Shown one piece after another: positions 44,729 through 53,866 of a stretch of DNA of 64,000 bases (within the stretch, counting starts at the first letter, position 1; every line of letters begins with the position of its first letter). The DNA comes from Planctomycetota bacterium (GTDB taxonomy: Bacteria > Planctomycetota > SZUA-567), in contig JAVBRG010000042.1 of NCBI GenBank assembly GCA_031548195.1, forward strand, positions 566-64,565. Direction: 5' to 3'. The notes under the pieces were generated by a model. That model did no database searches. It was given only the letters and a program-made list of their open reading frames with translations, and was not told where the DNA came from. The translations under genes were made by a program, and so were the position numbers.

Positions 44729-47700
44729 TTATGTGCCACTTGGCTTATCAGCCCGGTCATCACGAACGGGAATCCCGCGCCAACGCCGGCCGCTGTGCAA
44801 CGTCTCACCCCGCATGACCAGGGACAAATCCCCAACCACGGCGCCCTCCCCAACCCGTGAATCCGGCAACAAATATGCCGCCGGGCCAATGCTCGCGCGC
44901 GCCTCCACCGCCACCGCTCCGCATTCCGGCGTTTCCTCGACCCTCAGCCGCGCCAGCAGCGCCGCGCCGCCGGCCACATAAACCTCGTCCCCCAGGGAAA
45001 CCGCCTCCAAACCGGTGAAACGGGTCGACTCCAGGCAGCATCGCCTCCCCACCCGCATGCCAAGGAACCGCAACGGCCAAGTCACAAACGGCGTGCCCAA
45101 TAACGGCCGAAGGAAATAACCCTCGCCAAAGTTCTCGTACGCCCCCGTGAACATTGCTAGCCGCCCGGTCGCGCTGCGCCCCACGGACGCCTTCCCCTTG
45201 CAGCCCCGCCCCAATAACAGCCACTTGAGCAGGACGATTACCGCAAACGCCACAGCGGTCATCGCGAAACAGCTGAAGGGCAACGCCGCCGCAACCAGCC
45301 ACGGCCACACCTGCCACACCCTAATCATCTGTCCCAAGACCGCCGCCGCCATCGCCACAAACAGCAGATTCGGGATAAGTATGCAGAAGAGGTCCAGAGG
45401 ATAACGAAACGCGCCGCCGGTCGAAGCGAAGCGCCTTCCGCCGGAAGCCGCGGCGCCGGAAGGCCCCGCCGCCGCCTTCGGCCGGACCGGAGCGAAAATG
45501 GCCGGGGACCCGAACCAGCGCGAATCGTCCGTCGTTCCACCGTTTCCGGGCGGCTGCGAAAGGACGCCGATGCGGCAGCGTTTGCCGATTACCGAACCGG
45601 CGGGGATGACCGAACCTTGTCCCAGCCGCGCTCCGGCCCCCAAATGCACCTTGCCGACGGTGAAGTAGCCGTGCCCCACCCGCGGCGCACCCAGCATGAC
45701 CTCGGGATCGACCCGGCAATCCTCGCCGATGCTCAGGAGGGACGGCTGCACGCCCCGCACCGTCGCCACCTCCGCCCCCCGCCCCAATTCCGCCCCCAGC
45801 ATCCTGAACCACCAGCCCAGGTAAACGGTCGAAAAAACCGAACCAGCCACGGTCAGGCATTCCTGGTACACCGCGTTGAAGAGCCAATGCCGCACATAGA
45901 GCAAACTGTTGATGGACCAGCGCCCCTCGTCCGCAGCCGGTATCAGGTATCTCCTGAGGAGCGCCGCCTCAAGGCAAACCAGGGGAATGAAGGAAACGGC
46001 AATCAGGGGCACGGCGAGGACATACTGCCGGAGACTGTCGTACCAGTTTAAATAAGCGATTAGAAACAGGCCGGGATAATAGGGCAATAATCCCAGTAGC
46101 GGCAGCAACAGGGAAAGGACCAGCAGCGGCAGGGAATTGCCGAGCGACCAGCAGACGGGATTCTCCCTGGGCAGGCGGGTCGTCAACAAAACGGCGGGCG
46201 ATCCGGACCAGATTTCCAAACTGGGAATATGCCGCCGGGCGTCAAGGAGCGACAAATCCGCCAAAGTGGCTTCATCCGCCAGCGAGGCCCCCGGCCTCAC
46301 CACGGCGCGGTTCCCCACCACACAGCCGGAGCCGATTTTGACCGGCGCGAAAATCAGCCTGCCCCCTTCGACATAATGCCCGTCGACCAGGGCTTCCGCG
46401 CCGATGGCGGAGCCGTCGCCGATTTCAATCAGGTCGAAGGCGGCCAGATTGGCGCTCCCGATAAACACATTCCTGCCGATTTTCACGCCCAGGCAGCGGT
46501 AAAATAGGCACAAGGCGGGCGTCCCCGCCAAAAAACGGAGCGGCAGGGCGGCGAGGAAACGGCGCATGAACCAGAAACGCACATGGCGGCCGCTCCACAA
46601 GGGAAATTCCCCCGGCATGATCTTTCCCAGGACCAGCCACTTCAAGGCCACCGCCAAACCCAAGAGCACCGGTAGCGAGGCGATCTGGATGCCCAGCGCC
46701 GTCAGGGCCGAAAACCACACGGATTCGTTCTTCTCAAGGAGCAAATCGAAAACCAGAAACGACCCCAGCCATACCCAGGCGTGCACCGCCCAAACCACAG
46801 GCAAAAGAACCGCCTGCCAAACCCCCGCCCGGCGGTGACCGCTCTCCGTCGCCCGCAGGAATGGCCGGGGGGATTCCCTTCCGCCCGGTTCAGTTCCGGC
46901 TTCCGCCTTCGCGGCGTCGCTTCGCGCCGCCCCTGTTTCCGGAAACTCCTTCGCCAGTCCTTCCAAAGTGGGATGGCGGAAAAGGTCCGCCACCGACAAA
47001 CCGGCGAACTCCATGGATTCCCGCAGCCGCGACACGGCTTGGGCCGCTTTCGCCACGTCGCCGCCTAGGTCGAGGAAAAAATCGTCGTCGACGGAAATAT
47101 CCTTTCTGGCGAACAGTTCCGTCCACACCCGGTAAATCCGCTTCTCGCCGGGATTGCGCGGGGCGGTCATGGCCTTTCCGCCGCCAGCCAATGGCGCTGC
47201 CGGAGGGGGCAAAGCGGATCGGTCGACCGCGCCGGACAGGCGCATGGGCAACGCCGGCACGACGTCAAGCCAGGATGGAATCATATAAGCCGGAAGTCGA
47301 TTGGCCAGGCTTTGGACCACCAGCTTGCGGTTGAACTCGCACCCCCCGCCCGCGACCACGTAGGCGGCGAGTTGCTTCGCGTCCGGAGTCGGCGCCACCG
47401 CCGCCGCCAACACGCCGGGACAATGCAGCAAAGCCGCCTCGATTTCCGGCAGGTCGACGGCGAAGCCGCACAAGTCCACCCGGCTGTCACCCCATCCGGT
47501 CAGGACGATGTCCCCATACGGGTCGACCCGCGCCTGTTCGCCGGTCCGGTAGACGCGTTCAGGTCCCCCCGGCCGGGAAACATCCAGGTTCAGGAATTTC
47601 ACCCTCTCCAGTTCCTCACGGTTCCAGTATCCCCGCGCCACTCCAGGCCCACCGATGCAAAGCTCCCCGGTCTCCCCCGGCGGCAACGTTTGCAGATCGG

Positions 47701-48763
47701 TTCCGACTATGTAGACTTGGTAATCCGGCAGCGGCGCGCCGACATTGACCGGTGCGTTCGGAATTATTTCGCCGCAGGTGGCGGCGGGACCGGTTTCGCT
47801 GGAGCGATAGGAATTGAGGATGCGCCGCCCCGGCTGGTGCCAGCGGGCGGCGAGGACGGCGGGGCAGGGTTCGCCACCGAGGACAATGACGCGGAGAGTG
47901 GGAAGGTCGGGCTCGAGCATGGCGAGGTAAGTCGGGGCGCAGGAGAGAACCGTAATCCGCATCCGGGCAAGTTCCGCCGCGAAGCCGCTTCCGGCACCGG
48001 CCTTCTCCCCCGCCGCGACGACCAGGGTGGCTCCGTTGAGGAAAACCGGCCAAATCCCCCCGAATGCCGCGTCGGCCGCCGGAGAAAAACCCTGATAGAC
48101 GCGGTCGGCGTGGGTTATGCCGTAAACGGACCCGGCGGATATGGCTTGCCGGGCGAGCTGGCGGTGTTCCAGAAGGCAGCCGTGGGGCGGCTTATCGTCA
48201 CCGCCGGAAGCATGGTCGCGGGCATAAACGAGGCAGGCGAGCCGGCCCGGTTCGGCGCCGGTGTCGGAACGGTTCAGGCGGGACGAGGGTTGAGTGAAAT
48301 CAATGTCGGGGGTGAGAAACAGGCAGGGGGTTTCCAGCTTGTTTCCGACCGGACCGTCGTGGTGATGGTTCTTCGAGGCGATGAACAATTTCGCCCGGCA
48401 GTCGTCGAGGACGAAGGCGGCGTGCCGGTTTGAACAGGCGGAGTCCAAGAGCACGCAGACGGCGCCGGCCTTGAGGACGCCGAGAATGGCGACGTAGAGC
48501 CCGACGTCGCGGTCGAGCCGGATGACGACCTTGTCCTCGAGGCCGACACCCCGCGCGCATAGATGCCGGGCCAGGCGATTGGCCCGTTCCTCGAGCTGGC
48601 GGTAGGTGAGGGAGGCCGTGGCGGTCTCGACGGCGTTCCGGTTTGGATAACGATCCGCGGCGGCCTCGAAAATTTCGTGAAGGAGCGGATCCACCGCCGG
48701 ATCGCCGGCGGGGTGGGCGGCGGAGGTTCCCTGCGGAATTGCAGGTTGATCGCTGGTAGGCAT
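44729..48763 (-). CDS. Pls/PosA-type membrane NRPS-like protein (A-T module, TM segments and three hexapeptide-repeat domains) with degenerate A/T catalytic motifs
   Basis: A1 LTYRQLEERANRLA, A2 LKAGAVCVLLD, A6 GELCIGGPGVARGYW, A9 LPAYMIPS. A3 is LVYARDHASGGDDKPPHG, A10 is SGAVDR and the carrier motif is FFLDLGGDVAKA. Three LbH-like blocks (IGRNVFIGS..., LGRGAEVAT..., VGRRCCLES...) are separated by TM clusters. ATG at 48763. Confidence 0.8.
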   Translation of the reverse strand: MPTSDQPAIPQGTSAAHPAGDPAVDPLLHEIFEAAADRYPNRNAVETATASLTYRQLEERANRLARHLCARGVGLEDKVVIRLDRDVGLYVAILGVLKAGAVCVLLDSACSNRHAAFVLDDCRAKLFIASKNHHHDGPVGNKLETPCLFLTPDIDFTQPSSRLNRSDTGAEPGRLACLVYARDHASGGDDKPPHGCLLEHRQLARQAISAGSVYGITHADRVYQGFSPAADAAFGGIWPVFLNGATLVVAAGEKAGAGSGFAAELARMRITVLSCAPTYLAMLEPDLPTLRVIVLGGEPCPAVLAARWHQPGRRILNSYRSSETGPAATCGEIIPNAPVNVGAPLPDYQVYIVGTDLQTLPPGETGELCIGGPGVARGYWNREELERVKFLNLDVSRPGGPERVYRTGEQARVDPYGDIVLTGWGDSRVDLCGFAVDLPEIEAALLHCPGVLAAAVAPTPDAKQLAAYVVAGGGCEFNRKLVVQSLANRLPAYMIPSWLDVVPALPMRLSGAVDRSALPPPAAPLAGGGKAMTAPRNPGEKRIYRVWTELFARKDISVDDDFFLDLGGDVAKAAQAVSRLRESMEFAGLSVADLFRHPTLEGLAKEFPETGAARSDAAKAEAGTEPGGRESPRPFLRATESGHRRAGVWQAVLLPVVWAVHAWVWLGSFLVFDLLLEKNESVWFSALTALGIQIASLPVLLGLAVALKWLVLGKIMPGEFPLWSGRHVRFWFMRRFLAALPLRFLAGTPALCLFYRCLGVKIGRNVFIGSANLAAFDLIEIGDGSAIGAEALVDGHYVEGGRLIFAPVKIGSGCVVGNRAVVRPGASLADEATLADLSLLDARRHIPSLEIWSGSPAVLLTTRLPRENPVCWSLGNSLPLLVLSLLLPLLGLLPYYPGLFLIAYLNWYDSLRQYVLAVPLIAVSFIPLVCLEAALLRRYLIPAADEGRWSINSLLYVRHWLFNAVYQECLTVAGSVFSTVYLGWWFRMLGAELGRGAEVATVRGVQPSLLSIGEDCRVDPEVMLGAPRVGHGYFTVGKVHLGAGARLGQGSVIPAGSVIGKRCRIGVLSQPPGNGGTTDDSRWFGSPAIFAPVRPKAAAGPSGAAASGGRRFASTGGAFRYPLDLFCILIPNLLFVAMAAAVLGQMIRVWQVWPWLVAAALPFSCFAMTAVAFAVIVLLKWLLLGRGCKGKASVGRSATGRLAMFTGAYENFGEGYFLRPLLGTPFVTWPLRFLGMRVGRRCCLESTRFTGLEAVSLGDEVYVAGGAALLARLRVEETPECGAVAVEARASIGPAAYLLPDSRVGEGAVVGDLSLVMRGETLHSGRRWRGIPVRDDRADKPSGT

Positions 48764-48810
48764 GTTTGTTATCCTTGGACTGGTGCAAAGCGGCGATTGA
48801 CCCGCCAATG

Positions 48811-48846
48811 GTCATGAGGCGCATCTTTGTCATGAGGCGCATCTTT
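48811..48846. repeat. Perfect 18-bp tandem duplication (gtcatgaggcgcatcttt x2) in a divergent promoter region
   Basis: 48811-48828 equals 48829-48846. Preceded by a partial REP core gcaaagcggcgattgacccgccaatgg. Confidence 0.85.
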
Positions 48847-48916
48847 TCAGTATATTAGGAATAGGCGGCGGAAAACATAATTTACTTCAATCCGAGGACT
48901 GAAAAGGGGACCGGGC

Positions 48917-49918
48917 ATGGACATTCTTCTCATCGGCGGCACCGGCACCATCAGTTACTCCGTGGCCCGGCTGTTGGCGGGCAAAACCGGCAACCGGGTG
49001 TTTCTCCTGAACCGGGGGAACCATCCGGGCCGGATGGTGGAGGGGGCGGAAATTCTGCGGGCCGACGTGAGCCGCATCGGCGAGGTGCGGGAGGCGCTGG
49101 GCGGGCGGCGTTTCGACGTGGTGGCGGATTTTCTCGCCTATACGCCGGAGGACGCGCGGCGGGATCTTGAATTGTTCAAGGGACGGGTCGGCCAGTTTGT
49201 CTTCATCAGTTCCGCTTCGACCTACAAGAAACCCCTGACCGACTTTCCGGTGACGGAATCGACTCCGCAGAAAAATTCCTTCTGGGAATACTCCCGGCAG
49301 AAGATTGCCGCCGAACAGGTGTTCATGGATAGTTTTCGCCGCGACGATTTTCCGGTGACGCTGGTCCGCCCCAGCCACACCTACGACTACCGGAATTACC
49401 CCCTGGCCCTCCGGGGGAAGAAGCGCTCCTGGCAGACGATACTCCGCCTGCGGGAGGGGAAGCGGGTGGTGATACCGGGGGACGGAACCAGCTTGTGGAC
49501 GCTGACGCACGCGGACGATTTCGCGGTGGGTTTCGCAGGTTTACTGGGTAATCCCGGGGCGATTGGCCAAGCGATCAATCTGGTTTCCGACGACGTGGTG
49601 ACCTGGGACGCGGTGTATGAACGTTTGGCCGAGGTGCTGGGGGTGAAGCTGAGGGCGGTGCACGTGGCGTCGGAGGCGCTGGCGGGCATGGACGCGGCGC
49701 TGTACGGGGAACTGTTGGGGGACAAGGCGAATTCGCTATTTTTCGACAATGCGAAGCTGCGCCGTCTGGCGCCGGAATTCAGGACGACGATCCGCCTGCA
49801 CGCGGCGGCGCCGGAGATTCTCCAGACGATTGAGGGCGACGCCGATTTGCGTCAGCCGGATCCGGAGTGGGATGCGTGGCTGGAAAAGGTGCTGGCGAGG
49901 TTCGCGCCGGAGGAGTGA
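48917..49918 (+). CDS. NAD-dependent epimerase/dehydratase-family (SDR) protein
   Basis: N-terminal Rossmann motif MDILLIGGTGTISYSV. 333 aa. RBS-like ggggac upstream. Confidence 0.8.
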   Translation: MDILLIGGTGTISYSVARLLAGKTGNRVFLLNRGNHPGRMVEGAEILRADVSRIGEVREALGGRRFDVVADFLAYTPEDARRDLELFKGRVGQFVFISSASTYKKPLTDFPVTESTPQKNSFWEYSRQKIAAEQVFMDSFRRDDFPVTLVRPSHTYDYRNYPLALRGKKRSWQTILRLREGKRVVIPGDGTSLWTLTHADDFAVGFAGLLGNPGAIGQAINLVSDDVVTWDAVYERLAEVLGVKLRAVHVASEALAGMDAALYGELLGDKANSLFFDNAKLRRLAPEFRTTIRLHAAAPEILQTIEGDADLRQPDPEWDAWLEKVLARFAPEE

Positions 49919-49963
49919 AGGCGGACAATATGAACCTCCGGGTTTCCGGTCGAAATGATTATC

Positions 49964-49999
49964 GCAAAGCGACGCCGGGCGGAACAGGCGTCGCTTTGC
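49964..49999. terminator. Bidirectional hairpin terminator between convergent genes
   Basis: gcaaagcgacgcc gggcggaaca ggcgtcgctttgc, a 13-bp stem. Confidence 0.7.
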
Positions 50000-50014
50000 A
50001 TAAGTCCGGCGAAT

Positions 50015-52177
50015 TCACCCGCGGGGATTGACCATCACCACCACGCTCCGCGGCTCGATTCCGTAGCGATCCTGGCAATAGCCCAAATTCGGCGCCCGGT
50101 CCAGATCCTCGAAATAGTCGTCCGGACCCGGGCGCGCCGTGTCCACCACTTTCCGCCACTCCCTGCCCCGCCGCGGCAGGACGAAATGCCGCCACTCCGC
50201 CGAGGCGTTCATCAAAACGTATATGTCGTCGTCCGACCTGCCGTCGTCGCGGGTGGCCTTGCCCCCATCCAATAAAAACGCCAGCCATTGCGCATTCGCC
50301 GACCAGTCCGGCTCATTCTCCTTCTCGCCGTGCCAGGTGATCCCGCCGCCGCGGCCAAAGAAATTCTCGCGCCGCAAAACCGGATGCTCCCGCCGGAAGC
50401 GAATCATCAATTTGAAGAAACGCCGCATGTCCGGGTTATCTTCCAGGAGACGCCAATTCACCCAGCTGATCTCGTTGTCCTGGCAGTAGGCATTATTGTT
50501 GCCCCGCTGGGTCCGGCAGAATTCGTCTCCGGCCAGAAGCATCGGCACCCCCTGCGACAGCATCAGGGTCGCCACGAAATTCTTCATCATGATTTTCCGC
50601 CGCCGGGTCACCTCGCCGTCGCCGGTCGGGCCCTCGACCCCGAAATTCATGGAGTGGTTGAACTTCTCGCCGTCGAAATTGTTTTCGCCGTTCTCCTCGT
50701 TGTGTTTCTTCTCGTAACTCACCAGGTCGTTCATGGTGAAGCCGTCGTGGGCGGTCACGAAATTGATGGTGTGCCGGGGCTTTCCGCTCGGCCCCCGGTA
50801 AAGATCGTCCGACCCGCACACCCGGCTCGCGAACCTGCTCACCATCCCCTTGTCGCCGCGCCAGAACATCCTCACGTCGTCACGGTAATAGCCGTTCCAT
50901 TCCGACCACCTTCCGTAGGAGGGGAAATTGCCGACCTGGTTCAGCCCGGCCGCGTCCCAGGCTTCGGCGATCAGCTTGGTGTGGGCGAGAATGGGATCCT
51001 TGGAAATCATTTCGAGAATGGGGGGATTGGCGAGGACTTCGCCGTTGACGTCGCGGCCGAGAATGGAGGCGAGGTCGAAGCGGAAGCCGTCGATGTGCAT
51101 CGAGGCGACCCAGTAGTGGAGGACGTCGATGATGAAGGCGCGGACGACCGGATGATTGCAATTGAAGGTATTGCCGCAGCCGGAGAAATTGCGGTATTTG
51201 CCGTGGGCGTCAAGCATGTAGTAGGTCGGATTGTCGAGACCGCGGAAGGAGATGGTGGGACCGCGCTCGTCCCCTTCGGCCGTGTGATTGAAGACCACGT
51301 CCAGGAAAACCTCGATGCCGGCCTTGTGGAAGAGCTTGACCATTTCGCGGAATTCGCCTAGAACGCCGGCGTCGGAGGCGTCGGAGGCGTAACAGGTGTT
51401 GGGGCAGAAAAATCCAATCGGCGAGTAGCCCCAGTAATTCAGGAGGGGCTCGCCGGTTTTCGGGTTGACCCGCATGTTTTCGTTTTCATCAAATTCAAAA
51501 ACCGGCATCAGTTCCACCGCCGTGACGCCGAGGTCGACGAGATAGGGAATTTTCTCGGTAAGCCCGATGAAGGTGCCGGGATTCGCCACGCCCGAGGTAC
51601 CGTGCACCGTGAAGCCGCGCACATGCAGTTCGTAAATTATCGAATCCTCGAGGGGGGTCAACTGCGGGGCGTCGCCGTCCCATTCGAAGGAGCGGGTCGA
51701 CGCCAGCCGGCAGCGCCGGGGGGTGATGGCCGGGGCGCCGCCGCCGTTGGCGTGCGGCAGATCCGGGCGACCCCAGCCGGCCACGCCGGAGAAGGCGCGG
51801 GCGTAGGGGTCGAGAAGCGGCAGGGACGGTTCGTAAAAAAGACCCTGGGACAGGTCGCGTGGACCGGCCGCCTTCCAGACGTAGCGGAGACTGCGTAGGC
51901 GCTCGGGTTCGGGATGCAATACGCGGACGTGCCAGATGTCGCCGGTACGGTTCAGGCGCGGATCCAGATCCAGTACCGCCTTGACCTCGTCCTCGTCCTC
52001 GTCGAAAAGTTCCAAAAACATCTGGGAGGCCCGGCTGGCGTAGATGGCGAAATTCACGCCCCGGTCGGTCCGGTAGGGGCCGAGGGGCAGTGGGCTGCCG
52101 CGATCGATATGAAAGCCGTTGACGCAGCGGTGGTCCCTCCCCAGAGAAAGAAGCTGACCGAACTCCCTGGTATACAT
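50015..52177 (-). CDS. glgX: Glycogen debranching enzyme GlgX (GH13)
   Basis: ATG at 52177 (MYTREFGQ...). GH13 regions VFNHTAEG, GFRFDLASIL, EAWD and FVTAHDGFT. The N-terminal 53 aa of the track ORF are an extension. Confidence 0.9.
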   Translation of the reverse strand: MYTREFGQLLSLGRDHRCVNGFHIDRGSPLPLGPYRTDRGVNFAIYASRASQMFLELFDEDEDEVKAVLDLDPRLNRTGDIWHVRVLHPEPERLRSLRYVWKAAGPRDLSQGLFYEPSLPLLDPYARAFSGVAGWGRPDLPHANGGGAPAITPRRCRLASTRSFEWDGDAPQLTPLEDSIIYELHVRGFTVHGTSGVANPGTFIGLTEKIPYLVDLGVTAVELMPVFEFDENENMRVNPKTGEPLLNYWGYSPIGFFCPNTCYASDASDAGVLGEFREMVKLFHKAGIEVFLDVVFNHTAEGDERGPTISFRGLDNPTYYMLDAHGKYRNFSGCGNTFNCNHPVVRAFIIDVLHYWVASMHIDGFRFDLASILGRDVNGEVLANPPILEMISKDPILAHTKLIAEAWDAAGLNQVGNFPSYGRWSEWNGYYRDDVRMFWRGDKGMVSRFASRVCGSDDLYRGPSGKPRHTINFVTAHDGFTMNDLVSYEKKHNEENGENNFDGEKFNHSMNFGVEGPTGDGEVTRRRKIMMKNFVATLMLSQGVPMLLAGDEFCRTQRGNNNAYCQDNEISWVNWRLLEDNPDMRRFFKLMIRFRREHPVLRRENFFGRGGGITWHGEKENEPDWSANAQWLAFLLDGGKATRDDGRSDDDIYVLMNASAEWRHFVLPRRGREWRKVVDTARPGPDDYFEDLDRAPNLGYCQDRYGIEPRSVVVMVNPRG

Positions 52178-52257
52178 TTGGGTCAGGCTGCTGCGGATTT
52201 GCCTTATTTCCGACAAGATTTTTCGTCCTTCCCTATGGAAAAACCCGAAAATGGGAC

Positions 52258-53799
52258 CTACCAATTCAATCGCTCCCGCCAAAGCCGCGCGTCCAGATCG
52301 CTGTCGCTCGAGCGAACCAGCCGCTGCAGACGCCACAGCACCATGTGCGCCAAGCCCACTTCCGGCGCACCCGCCCGCAAGGGCGGATACACCCGCGTCT
52401 CGGCCAACATCGCCAACAAGGCCACCCGCGCCGCGTCCCGGCCCTCGCGTCTGCCGGTGGCGATGGTCCGCAAGGCGTCAATCGCCGACTCGGCGAAACG
52501 GGCCCCGTCGTTACCGAACTCCGGCGAGCAGTACGGGGAGTCGATGATGCTGGCCAGGGCTGACACCGAGCGCTCCGCGCCGACTTCACCCAGAGCGGCG
52601 GCCACGGCGGAACGTTTCTCGCGGGTCAGATTCGGATGCATCAGGAGGTATTCGAGGCGCCCCAGGCCACTTTCCCTGACCCCGGCCAGCCTGCCGCCGG
52701 GATCCGGCAGCGCTTCGGGATAACTCAAAGCCGCCCCCAAAGCCGACACGATGGAGGAAAAAACCCCGGCGTCGGAATCCTCCAGCAATTTCTCCTCCGC
52801 GCAATTCGCCGTGAACACCGCCAGATTAACCGCCGACTGATTCCGCCGCTTGCGCCAACCCTCCGCCTCCACCGCCTCCTCGGCGGCGAATTCCATCCCG
52901 AAAAGCATGTCGAAGCCCGAGAACGCCGCCCGGCACATCGTCCCCATGGCGTCGTACACCGCCTGACGCATGACGTTACCGGGCATGGTCCGGAGATATC
53001 GGAACGCCTCGATGACCTCCGGCAAACCCTCCGCGCCCATGTCCGAAAGGGAGGTCAGGGCGGCCAGACGGATTTCCTCCAATTCATCCGGCGCCAGCAG
53101 CTCCATGTCATTCCCCTGTTCCGCCCAAATCCGCGCCCACCGGCTGGGATCGTTTCCCAACGCCTTGCCGACAAAATGCGCGACCGCCTTTCGTGCCGCC
53201 TGGCTGTACAGGATGTCGTCAATGTATTTGAGGGCGGCGCCGACCGGGTCGAACTGGGCCGCCAGACTCCTGGTAATCCGCCCCTGCAGGCGTTCCAGCG
53301 CCGTGTCCAGGCGGCCGCGACGGGTGAGGGGGGGACGCCTTAACGGTTCCAGAAGCCCCCCTTCCGCGACCCGATCGTAACCGCCGGCGTAATGAATATA
53401 ATTGAACCGCGCCCGCTCCGACTGCAGGCAGAACGCCGGCAGCAGGCGAATAACCAGGGTCTTGACCTCCAGTTGATCGGAAGTGGCCAACAAGGCGTCC
53501 AGGCTGGCGACGTCGCGGGGGTCCCCCAACATCGCCATCGCCTCCACTACCCCCTGCAGGACCAGCGTATTGGTCCGGGTCAGGGATTCCCGCAGGATTT
53601 CCTGCATCTGCCGCCCGTCGGGTCCGCGGAGCTCGGTGTAGATCATCTCCAGAATGCGGTTGCGCCGTTCCGATGATGTGTTCAGGCCTTCAATCAAACC
53701 GGTGAAACGTTCCGCGCGCACATCCGCCTCTTCGGCCCGGACGGGACGAACGGACATCAGGATCACGATAAACCCGATCTGGAGAAGTGCGCGAATCAT
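52258..53799 (-). CDS. Secreted HEAT/armadillo-like repeat protein
   Basis: ATG at 53799. Signal-like MIRALLQIGFIVILMSVRPVRAEE. Repeated helical units with LGDPR / LGEVGAERSV-type HEAT signatures. Confidence 0.65.
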   Translation of the reverse strand: MIRALLQIGFIVILMSVRPVRAEEADVRAERFTGLIEGLNTSSERRNRILEMIYTELRGPDGRQMQEILRESLTRTNTLVLQGVVEAMAMLGDPRDVASLDALLATSDQLEVKTLVIRLLPAFCLQSERARFNYIHYAGGYDRVAEGGLLEPLRRPPLTRRGRLDTALERLQGRITRSLAAQFDPVGAALKYIDDILYSQAARKAVAHFVGKALGNDPSRWARIWAEQGNDMELLAPDELEEIRLAALTSLSDMGAEGLPEVIEAFRYLRTMPGNVMRQAVYDAMGTMCRAAFSGFDMLFGMEFAAEEAVEAEGWRKRRNQSAVNLAVFTANCAEEKLLEDSDAGVFSSIVSALGAALSYPEALPDPGGRLAGVRESGLGRLEYLLMHPNLTREKRSAVAAALGEVGAERSVSALASIIDSPYCSPEFGNDGARFAESAIDALRTIATGRREGRDAARVALLAMLAETRVYPPLRAGAPEVGLAHMVLWRLQRLVRSSDSDLDARLWRERLNW

Positions 53800-53866
53800 G
53801 CCGATTATTCCTCTAGCGCCATGCAACCGCCATTTTGCGAAACAACCAGCCCCGAATCAATGCCAA

